From Gonapodya sp. JEL0774 (taxonomy: Eukaryota): a stretch of DNA of 64,000 nt. A program made the position numbers and the translations under genes. Shown here piece by piece: positions 37,360 through 48,859 of the stretch (its first letter is position 1; each line of letters opens with the position of its first letter). Where the stretch lies: NCBI GenBank assembly GCA_027604505.1, contig JADIIX010000086.1, positions 1 through 64,000 of the forward strand, given 5' to 3'. The notes beneath the pieces are model-generated. The model did no database searches, had not been told where the DNA came from, and saw nothing but the letters and a program-made list of their open reading frames with translations.

Positions 37360-40300
37360 TCAATCGGCATTCGCATCCTCATCCCTGCCAGCAACATTCG
37401 TCCATTAGTCCCCGCAGCCTTCTCTGACAAAAGGACGAACAAGATACTCACGAAATAATCTGCAAAAATACCTCTTCCAGACTGGTCTGGCTCAAGCCCC
37501 AGTCGTTGATGCCATGGGCACCGGATTCCCTCTGCAATCTGTCAAACAGGTCTCCAACCAAACCAGGGGTGGGAATGAATTCGTATCCACCGACAGTAGC
37601 GAAGGAATCGATCCGCTCAAAAGCGCGCGCAGGGAGCAGCGACTCGACGTATCTAGTGAGAGTTCATTCAAGAAGGATGAAAGCTCCGAAATGAGTATGG
37701 GATATCAAATCACCCGTGTTGGCGAAATCGGTTGGGCACTTACTCTGTCGCTTGCTTCATGTCCTTTTCAGCAGCGGAAAAGGAAAGCTTGAAACCAGAC
37801 CCGTACAGTTGTTTCAAACGGAGTACAGAACCAAGGCACTGGAAGAAGGGTTGAGTGGGATTAAGGGAACGCATACTGAACGATTAACCCCCAAGATCAA
37901 GAGCGCACTCGCATATTGCCCTTCGCCATAATTGCAATACGCTGACACAGCACTTCAGCTTCCTCCATGGAGTGCGTTGTGAGGATGATGGTCTTGCCCA
38001 CTCGCGCCTGATAGGGAAGAGTTGATGTCACAATACACTCCTGACATTCTCAACAGATGCATAGATCCAAACCTTTTCAATAATTGTCCAAATGTTGCGT
38101 CTCACTTCAGGATCTAACCCAGTCTGTGGAAACAAAACCGAGATTCAGAAGCGAACAGCCGAATTCAATTTGCACTTCGCGTTCCTCACAGTCGGTTCGT
38201 CCAAGAATACGCACGCCGGGTTCCCAACCAGCGCAATGGCGATACTCAGTCTTCGTTTTTCTCCACCGCTGAGGCCTTTCGATAGACGTCCCGCGAAATG
38301 GTCTAAGGCAACAGTTTTCATGGATTCAAGGACAGCTGCACTTTCCTCTTGGGCTGGAACTCCCTTGAGGCGGGCATCTACATGATCAAGATGAGATCCT
38401 CTGATGTTGAAAGTGCAAATGAGCGAGGTTGTGGTGACTCACAGAAGAGTAGGTGTTCTTCGACGGTGAGATCGTCCCACACTGCGAGATGGAAAAGACG
38501 TCGCGTTGGGATGCCCATTCCAGCTATGACAAATATGGAGCAACATACAAATATCGTGTTGTGGACACACTCCAATGTTGCGGTACACGTCGGACATGTT
38601 TGTTTCTGTCGAACACATAAGAATCAAAAAGATGAGCTTTCGATCTGTCGCGCCCATATGCAAAACCTACGGATGTTATATCCCGCGATGACGGCCTCTC
38701 CGGCGGTAGGCGCGTAAATACCAGTAAGAATCGAAATCAAAGTTGTTTTTCCTTTCAAATAGGGATGATTTGATAAGATAACCTTGGCGAGTTGTGAGCA
38801 GCAGATCCTTACCTGCACCATTAGGCCCAAGTAGACCAAAGACACGACCTTCTTCCACGGCAAAAGTGATGCTGTTCACCGCTATCTTGGGACCTTTCCC
38901 TAGGCGACCGTCGTATACCTTCCGCATTCCATGCATATACAAGGGGGTAGCGTCAGCATCGAATCGACCCGCGATGACACGCGCTCTCTCCTCGCGAACG
39001 TCGTCATCCTCTTCTGGAATGGTGACGACGGAGGTTACGCGGTCAATCGGTATTGCGGTTTGCTTGTCCTTAATCGATTCGTTGTCGATGTCAGCTTTTT
39101 CCGTTTTCTTCTTGTTTATAAAGGCGACTAGGTCTGTGATGGGAAACCAGAATGGTTTGCGAACTCCATAGTCGCTTGGGAGAACCTGAAATGATCAGTG
39201 TTGGGGAGTGCAAGTGAAAGCCGTTGGGTTTTCTTCACCTACTTGGGTCAGGTAAGCTCCAAGAATCAGAAAAATTGGGATCTCAAAGACCATAAAGAGA
39301 AGCGCAAGCCCAACTTCATCTGAAGGGTTGAGGTTGGAGAGTTCGTAAGGACGTTTACTGGTTTGCCAAGCCGCGTTGTTCTAGTATCGTGATCACTAAG
39401 TCTTCGTTGCGGAAAACGCTGCGCAGTCGTGGCTACTTACTATCCTTGAGATACACCGGTAGAAAGCGAATGGAGGCCCTGAGAAAGCAACAGGATGCAA
39501 CAGGACTGTTATGCGAATTCTTGCCGCCGGGAAATTACCACGGATCAACCCACAAATAAAGAAGGCTGTTGCCAGCGCATCTGTGTAAAGCAGATCTAGT
39601 GCGAGGGACACCACTAAAGGAACGGGGAGAAAACAAAACATGCTACTTGCGAGACTTGAGGTGGTTTGGTCATCTTCCCCATACTCACCGACAGAACAAA
39701 GAACTATGAGGAATGTCATGACTGTGCGGTGACACCGTAGTTAGTAATGATTATCTACGTCGGTTGCAGAACGAAACTCACCAAGCGCGCTTCTGTTCTT
39801 GCTGAAAAAGGCGCTGAAAAAGAATGCAAGAGAGACTTGCATATTGGACCAAATGAAGAAAACAATGGGCAGAACTGCCCCTCCAGTGTTTTTGAAGAAG
39901 TCGATCCTAAGACCAGTTCCAACGATCAGGAAGACGAGTGACGACAGAATCGCGAGGATTAAGAATTGAAGGTATTGAGTGATGTAATATGTGCTCGGTT
40001 TCAGGCCGTTCTGATTGCCATGTCAATCATTGAGTTTGTGGAATCCAACAAGTCCAATAGAAAGTGCGTTACAGATATTAACTTACCATCTTCATCATGA
40101 CGGCTATCCTGTCCTCCTTTTCCTTTACAATCGCAATCACGAAGATGGGAATGAGGAAGCTCACCCCCCACGGATACAAAATACGGCCAATCAAGCTCGA
40201 GAGTGGAAGTGTAATGTCTGTGTTGGAGTAGCTAGGGAAGTGCCGGTACCCTTGAGAGATGGATGGGGAAGTCAAGTTCTTGGCAGGGATCGCAGTGGCC

Positions 40301-42439
40301 AGCTCACGGACTGATGTGAAAGGAGGGTTCAACAAGTAATATGCGTGAGTTCGTTTAAATCTTTCTAGCGCGTTCGAATATGAGGACACCTACGCAACAT
40401 GTTTGATAAATCCGTCACCGACCACAAATTCCTCAACCACTGCGGTGCAATATTGGAGCTCGCGGCGATTCTCTTATCTGTTCCCGCTTGCAACAGCACT
40501 TCAAACTTGCCGTTGGTAAAGTCGAGAGCACGGAAGGCGATTCCGCCGGCAGGGATCGATTTCGAAGCGGATGCGATTTTAGAGAGATACGTGAGCGCGG
40601 CTGCTTGGGAGGCATTTTGTTGTAAGAGAACGCTCTTATCGACACGAGCAAGTTCGATAACGGCGCTGTCGACAAAACCATCAACAAATATTAGTAGTTG
40701 ATGAGGACCAGGAGTCAGTCCCAGCAGCTAACATGTCATATAGCAACACTCACTTTGCCAAAATAGACCCAATCGCATCATCTAGTGCCTTTTCCACCGC
40801 CAATGAATCCCCGCTGTAGAATGCTGTCGCATTCAATTCAACAGCCGTGGACAAATCCTGGAAGTATGGCGCCGTTAACAGATTGAGTGACACCTGCCCG
40901 CCACCCGCAATGTACGCAAGGGCGGATTGCTGGCCTCCCGTCAGCGCGGCTGTGATGAAACCTTGTGTCAGTGAAACATTGTTGACGAAGAATCTGTTTG
41001 TAGTTCGTGAAAGCATTCCCGTGTCAAGGGCCGCATTGGCAGGACCAAAAGGGGGAGGTAGCGTCCCCGTGGTAGATGTGTTACCATCCACCCGCAGTGA
41101 CAATCCCGTACCCTGGCTCGCAAGGTTCACATTGAAGGTTGAGGCGGCCTTGGACCCAACAGTGGACCTAAGGGAAGAAGGTACATAGGTGATGTACCAA
41201 GGAAGAAACTGGTACTGGATAAGTTGAGCGTAGATGGAGGTCGGGCTGAGAACGGAGGCAAGCCAGCCGGTATTGGGTTGGGGACGGTAGGTGCTGCCGG
41301 AGAAGTGGGATCATTATTTCGAGTGTGGCGGGCAGTGGTCGCAATGTCAAAGTTGCAATGTGTCCTTTACTCACGTGTCCCGAGCAAGTTCGTTGGCGAA
41401 ACCGGTTGTAAGCACAGGATCATAAGGTGTGTTAGGTGTGGTCCACGAATCAGGGTATGAGGCTGAAAAATTGCATCGCCCGAGGGATCAGTCAGAAGAG
41501 CCAAAGGACGCTAATTAACTGATTCACAGAACTGAAATACGCATAGAACTCACTTCCGAGCCATCTCTCGCAGGTTTGGGTGCCGATAAGGGTGAGCGCA
41601 GCTCCCCGGGCTGCGCCACCACTACCACCGGTGAGGAAAGACGCAGAGATAGCTATCGCGGATAAAGTAGCAAACGAGAAGTGGGGTGTGTAGAATGAGG
41701 GAGGTCACGCAATGAAGGTCGTGAACCAAAGGTATCAAAACGCTCCGTCCACTCACACTGGCCAAAGTAGTTTGCGTGTCTCACCGCTTGACCATCCTTG
41801 TACCTTGCTGCTTTGATGGTTGGCCCGGTGTAGTTATTCAATCCCAAGAACGTGAGTTGGTTCTTGTCGCTGATGGGGAGTCCCGTAGAATTTGATGTGG
41901 CGCCAACATTGGAGCAGTAAAGATATTCCTGAACGCCGGCGGAGTTTGTTATGAGACGTTGGATGATATTGCCGAGGAGAGAGGAGATGATGACCTGTGC
42001 GGAAAGTGGTGAGAAGTCAGGAAAGTGGACGAGCGAGCACGGAACAAAGAAAGGGGTTCGCGACAAATTCAGACAAGTTCTTACCATCAACAACGGGCAA
42101 AGTGCAACACAGCAACAGTTACTGAACCATTGACGTTTTTGGTAAGAACACGATTTGCGACTCTGATGGGTTGAGTAACCAGACGAGAAAATTTGAGTAT
42201 ACTTTCTACAAGCGATAATCACGGCGTAGTTTGGAGCCCAGTGCTTGTTTTGTGCTCACCAGTGCTCTGAACTGGTAACTCTTCCGAGGTTCCGTTTTCC
42301 GTCGCGGGGTGGCGTCTGTGGTGACCGCGACTAACGACGATCATGTCACTATTCCGCGCAAATGAGGTCCAGATTTCATTTAGATTTTAAACGTACCAGC
42401 GGCGTGTGCTCCATTACCGTTGGCTTCTGCGTGATTCAT
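37360..42439 (-). CDS. Half-size ABCA-family transporter, paralog of 31010..35641, convergent
   Basis: RKSYQFRAL|..RKSCSYQKRQ, EKEDRIAVMMKM, GPNGA|GKTT, LSGGEKRRL, FLDEPT|TGLDP, TTHSMEEAE, SQTSLEEVFL; ends DEDANAD*. Confidence 0.93.
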
Positions 42440-43220
42440 CTGAATGAGACAATTCGAGTTTGGTCAGAAAGAAGACCATGAGCCATCACGATGTTGGAGA
42501 CCGTGACTTGAAAATTTGTCGATCGAAGACCTACGTTTGATGGAATAACGCGAAAGAAGCACGTCGGGCGATGGGTTTTCACTTATAAATTATGGCCAGC
42601 AATATAGATGTGAAGATGCAATGACGAAGAGGATGTGCAGTTTGTGGAGCCAAGGAAGTAGCACAGATGATCACCGATGTTGAGATTTGGAATCTCAATT
42701 TCAATGAAGGGAAAATTGCATGGCTGATTGAGTTTTGTGGTGATGGTGCAGGTGCAATATCTTCGGTCCTTCGCCTGAGCACGTTCTCCCGAACTTCATT
42801 TTAGCCTTCGCAAGGCTCCGAAATGTGGCTGGCAACCGGGAAGACGCAAGCTCTCATGTTGTGGAAAACTCAAGCAAATGCTCAACTCTACACTTTTATG
42901 TAATTCAATCATCATTATACTAGTACAGTCTTGTGCACTTTTCATGTCCTTCGCCGGATACCGCCGATTTCTTGCAACCCTCATCCACATGACATCCCTA
43001 CTTCGACAGTATAGTCCGTACACGTGGAAAATTTTATGTATTGAATACGTCGTTTATGACTTTGCTTGTGACTTCATCAAGACACCCCACGTTCCTGCAT
43101 TTTCGTTTATCCGTTCTCGTCCAATCTCGTTGGTCTTAATACAAACTAAAAAGACATAGCATTTCAAAGTGTATTTCAATATGATGAATGGATCACGTGC
43201 TCTCCGACAGAACATCCGTA

Positions 43221-45257
43221 TCAAAACCCTGGTCCCCTCCCTACTACTCTCCACACATCAACAACAAAGCCGTCCTTGACGGCCACCAAGTATTCGTGCT
43301 AGTTGGTTGAGTTCGGGTAGCAAAATCGGCACATATTGTTAGGGAAGTCCAGTAAGAGTTGCAAAGCGGCGATGACGTGAATGAATTATGTCAGGGTCGA
43401 TCGAAGTCAGAGAGAAAGTGACAGTGGCCAATTTGATGATTTAGCATCAGGAAAACCCACCAAATTAATGGTCGGATCACAGTGCCCTGCCCTCAGCACC
43501 ACCTTCCCTCCCACCAAACCTTGTACTCCCCCTACCCACTCCCTCATCCTCGCCTCGTCACCCACGGCAGCCGCCTTTGGTATCAGTACTCCATGCTCGT
43601 CACCACCGGAGGTGAACTTCCATGCCACGCCGCCTTGTGTACCCTCCTGCCAAACGATGCCCCCGTTGTTGCCCCAGATTGACAGCACAGACGGCATAAA
43701 AGTCTCCACCGATACTGCTTTGAGACCTGTATCGCATAGTACTCGCGGTGACGGTAAGACATGCACGGAAGTGATGGTAGAGAGGACAGTCAGCGAGGTC
43801 TCGAAGCGAGAAGAATTAGGTTGGTTCGGAGGATTCGCATTGGCAAGATAGTCTACGGTGATAAAAAAAAATCAAAGTATGGTTCAGACAGCATGGCGAA
43901 TTACTTGAGTCCAACCACCATTCTTACCAGCGTCCATGACGGCATAACTTCCTGGTTGTATTTCCGTGAAGGCGTGTGAAGCGATTTCGAGGGGAAATGT
44001 TCCCGTCCCAGAACCTAACAGCAATCGCACAGAACAAAAAGGAGGAGTAGGGAGAGGAGGGAGGGGGCAGAGAATGAATAAAAGAAATAAGACGTATTTA
44101 TGTGAATTCTCCTCTCGCAAACCTCACGGCTGCTCACCGCCACTTACCGCTCACTTGAACCACTTCATTCTCTCCCACAATCCTCTCTCTCTTCAGCAAC
44201 TCCACCGCCTCTCGGACCATTCCCGTTGCGGGCCCCTCCATGACCGCCTTCACCCGATCTGCAAAGTTTCGAATATGTTGGTTCCTGCCCTGGTACGCGT
44301 GAATACCCGCAAATGAGATTGCACCACTCGGGTGGTCGCGGATATACCGGGCGAGTGACACGAGGTCCGAGGGAGAGTCGACGCCGCACCTGAGTCCTCC
44401 GTTCTGTAGCTCGATGTACAGGGGAAGGTGCACGCCTTGAAGGGAGTACAATGGCGGGGCAAAATAAAAGGTCACTTCATGTGATGAAATTTAAAGACGG
44501 CTCAAGCTACCTGCGCCCTTGGCGACGGCGACCAGCTCGTCCACTTGCTCTGGGCAATCCACACACACCTTGAACCTGTGATGCCCCACGCCTCTCAGTC
44601 TCGCCTTTTCCTCCATCAATTTCAGCAGCTCAGTCATTCTCGCGGCCTTTTTCACCCCGATGACTTCGTTGGTGAGCAGAATATCCCAAACAATGTCCCG
44701 TTCATCCAAGATGGCTCCCCCAGTCTCAGCTGCAAGCCACGCTCGAGTGCCGTCGGAGCATCGGCCATGAATTAGACTTTCGCATTCAGCGAGCTTAGCA
44801 CAACATACACCGGAGGTGAAAACTATCCTTTCCGTGCTCGAGTGTGACGCCGGGTTGAGTGGGTACGCTGCGCCTCTGTCAAACACCTGGCGGATGGCAA
44901 TGTCGAGGCATTTCACAGTTTTATAGTGCGGACGGATAGCGATCGGGTGGGGAACTTTGTGCAGTGCATGGAGCTGCAAGCAGAAGGGAGTGAATTCGAC
45001 GCCACGATGGATGATGAATCCAAGCGCGAAGCTCGCCCAACTCACAGATTTCACCATACTCTGCATCGAGCGTATATTTCTTTGGAGTGCGTCCACATCT
45101 ATGAGCAGTGCCGGGGTGTCGGCTTCGGATGCGCGCTCGCCGATCTGTTTTGGGGGGGTCGTGTGAGCACGACGGAATGATACGAATGCGCGATCGCAGG
45201 TGTTGATTCGTGGTGTTTCACCTTGGCAGGGCAATACGGAGCAAATGCGGACGACAT
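43221..45257 (-). CDS. Fold-type III PLP enzyme, DSD1/D-threonine aldolase family
   Basis: DTPALLID, RPHYKT (PLP Lys), CCAKLAE, RCGV, AYQGRNQH, GTGTF, EIQPGSY..MD, DTGLKA, GDEHG, GHCDPTINL|HE, W..GRGPG. Confidence 0.9.
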
Positions 45258-45502
45258 CAATGGGTGGGAATGGAGGATGCTCGTTACAGGTTGGTCGCCG
45301 AGCGGAGTAATTCCGCCCCGCCGTTTAGCCGGGCCTGGTGAGGTAAGTTCCGCGCCCACCTGCGCCGCTACTCTGGTCAAATGTGAAATATGAACACGAT
45401 TCATTGACTTGTCATTGGGAAAGGAGCGCACCTCCGCGCTACATGCTGCCGCTTTCTTAATTTAAATTTACAGCTACTCTGTCGTGCAAAATCTCGGGTG
45501 GA

Positions 45503-46778
45503 TCAGGACCGGTGCAACCGAGAAGAATCCTCCTCCACTGTTTTCGCCGCCTCGGCACCCTTCACTGGAGCGGGATACTCCACCCCATCAATTTTGACGG
45601 TCTGTTCAGTCCCAAGCCAAGTGACGCACGGGTCTACTGATTTGCGGACATAACTCAGAAATGATTTACCAACACTTACATCACCTATAAGCCCTGCCTG
45701 CTTAAGAACTGTTCCTTGGTCCTGGAGATTTGAGAAATTCAGGTTATGGGCGCCATGCTACGTCGGAGTGCAAAGAAGGTGGCCACACAACGAACCCAAT
45801 AAATATGTTCGTGGTGAATCTTGCCGTCTTTGAATCTAACGATCGCGATGAGCGCTATCGAGATCTTTTTGTTCGTGGCTGGTATACCAGGCAGAAGCCA
45901 CGGAATCGGTTGCGAGTGGGTGAATGTGATGATCATCTCGTCCACCTAGTCATCCTCTTTCCTGAATAATAAGTGAAGGAAGCACGAAAGAGTGACAAGA
46001 CTCACAACACTCTGTTCAGACACGCTCACGATGCGATGCAGTGGTTTCATCTCCCAGTCTGGTGGGGTCACCGGTACGAAATCCTACGGTCGCGCAAATG
46101 TACTACATCAGGTTTGGCTCTCCAGTGCGGCGACTGAGACACCAACCGCTGCGTAAAATTTGCTCAGCAACTTTTGGCCGTACCCACCAGCCATGGTAGG
46201 AATATGGTTGACATAACAGTCCTCGGCTTTTTGAGCAGTGCATGTCTGAGAACGCTGTCCAAACACCCAAGGTGAAAACATCATGCGACAAGTGACTCAC
46301 TCATGGTGGCCATTGTGTTCTCAACTGATTTTTTCTCTGGGTGGAACTGTCGACCAAACAAAGGAAGTTGAAAAACAAGAAGTGAACAAGGCAACGCTTC
46401 ATTGAACATCCCCTCCATGACCAATCGAGAAGTCATGTGTAAACTTGGCGGATTCACGCTGCTTTCAAGGACTGATGGGTACGATCCCGGTTCCACTCTA
46501 CTCTCGAACCCTATTTTGACTTCATGAAGCCCACTTTCCCATCGTCAGAAGCACACTCGCACATTGAGCAGGTGAGTGGGCTTCCCGTTCGCCAGTTGAC
46601 TGCACTTCGCGCATTCTTGCTCGACTGGCGATCCCAACCGATGTATGTACGTGATCCATCCCACTCGATTCCAGATTTATGCAGTTGCACAAACCTCGCA
46701 TTCTGTGTGTTTATCCCAAAGGGCAACTAGTTCATCGTGGGAAAGCGTGATTGGGGTAGATGCAGTGGCCATTGCCAT
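45503..46778 (-). CDS. Stand-alone SnoaL/NTF2-like 'ester cyclase' protein
   Basis: LWDKHTECE|F..SVENTMATM, YVNHIPTMAGGYG, V|VDEMIITFTH..PWLLPGIPAT.K, HEHIYW|DQGTVLKQAGL, PVKGAEAA. Confidence 0.85.
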
Positions 46779-47200
46779 CGGAATCTGTCATCTGCCGCGA
46801 CCGACGAAGCCCACTTCATTCCCGTGAGTGCACAGTTACAAAACTTTGAGTTGAGGACAATACGAGCCAACAATCTCTGGATGCATAGACAACCAGCTGT
46901 AGTTTGAGAATTAGTGAGGAGGAACCTAAAAACTGCATAAACAGTATGTATGTTGCCTGAATCCCACCGCTATGAAGAGGTGAGGAACGCCCGTGAATAA
47001 GAATCATGCAATTTTATAACGACATGGCACCAAGGACGAAGCAAGACTGAAATTATCTCGCGATTGGAGTTCTGACGTCAAATTGGAGCCTTGCCCCTCG
47101 TTTGTGCCCGATTATGAGAGCAGCCTTGTCTGGGACACATATAAATTCCGTCAACCCCCCTCCCAGTCGTCCCCATCCAAACCCATCGAAACCCATCGAA

Positions 47201-48384
47201 ATGGCTCCAGTCGACTACACCGCTACCCACACACCAACATACACGAACTCGTTGCCCCATGCTCCCGTTTCAGAGGACAAGCTGACCCTGTTCACCTCAA
47301 TCGGTCAGTCTCCCACTCAACCTCATCCCTGTTCCAATGTGCACTTTGTGTGACGCTCAACCCCCGAATCCATCTCGTTTTCATTCCTTCCAATTTCAAT
47401 CTTCCTCATCCGATCCCCGGTTCTCAGTGTGTCCTTTTGCCCAGCGAACTCATCTGACACTCCTCGAGGGTGCCATACCGTTCCACAAAGTCGAGATTGA
47501 CCTCCAGAACAAGCCCAGTTGGTACAACGCGGAAGTCAACCCCAGATCTAAGGTCCCTGCACTCAAGGAGCCCGGTGTGGAAGGCAGCTTGATTGAAAGC
47601 GCGATCCTGTCCGAGTACTTGGCCGAGAAATTCGCACCCAGGTATGCCGGCAAGGCCAAAAAGCGTCACGAGCTATCGAAGTTTCGGAAAAGCAGCTTAT
47701 ATTTTCTCATCAATGTCTTTGCAGCCTTCTACCGCCTACACCTTTCCTTCGTTACCTCGGTCGTCTTCTCGTCGATGTTCAAACCAACCTCAGCGTCTAC
47801 ACCGTGCTCAAGATTAAGACCGACACGCCCGAAGGCCAGGCCGAAGAGACGGCGGCCAAGGAGAAACTCATCGCCGGCATCAAGGAGGTGTGTTGTTTAC
47901 GGCAGCATCCACCCGCAGTCTTCTGTCTCCTCTGATCCTAATTTGTCCTTGTTGCAAGTTCACCTCCATCCTGAGCCAAGCCTCCTCCACCGGACCGTTC
48001 TTCCTCGGAGAAAGCGTGTCCCTCCCCGACCTTCTCACCATTCCTTTCCTCACTCGCACCCTGTGGCTCTTTGAGTACTTCATCGGCGAGTCTCTGGTGA
48101 GTCGTTTGACCGTTTCAAGTCGGCACGACAACGAACGACCCAGCCCGCATCCGCTTACACTCTTAACCCTCTCCCCCCAGATCCCCGACACGCCCGAATT
48201 CGCCCGCTTCTGGGCCTGGTTCAACGCCCTATCCACCCGCCCCAGTTTCAAGGAGACTTTCCCCACCGTCGAGAGACTCGCCCAGGGTATCATCGCTCGT
48301 GGATTTGGTGTCGTTCGGCCTGGTGCGGAGAAGAAGAGGCAGGCGGCGATCGCCGCGGCGCCTCCTGTACAGCAGGCCGCGTGA
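47201..48384 (+). CDS. Glutathione S-transferase, omega-like (Cys active site)
   Basis: CPFAQR, EIDLQNKPSWY, VNPRSKVPAL, ESAILSEYL, GPFFLGESVSLPDL..PF. Confidence 0.9.
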
Positions 48385-48859
48385 CTCGGGGCCAGTTCGG
48401 GGTTTCCAAAGTTGTGAATGATTTTTCGTTGTAGGGAAGAGGAACTGAAACCCAATTTGATGGAATCAACCAAATAAATTGTTTTGAAATCGATTTGCGA
48501 TTCATCAGTGACGCATCACGTTACAAATACAAAACAAGTTGTGTGTGAACATCGCTCTATGTGCCACCCCGGTGATAATGTCTCCTGTGAAATACCAGTA
48601 AAAGCGAGCAAGAAACGAAAAATTAAAGCAAAAACATAGGAAAGAAAGAAAGAAATTGACCACACAACCAACAGTGAGCAAGAAAAATGTTCCAGTGCGT
48701 AATGCCTCGCACCGTCGCCCGCTCGCTCCCACCCCACAGCCTTCTCGTTCGCACACCAAACACGTTCCAAAACTAATCTGAACCACACACGTCCACACCA
48801 CGCCGGTTCTTCCCGGCCCCCCTCCCGCCCGCCCGCCCCAGACACCCATCTTCAAGACC

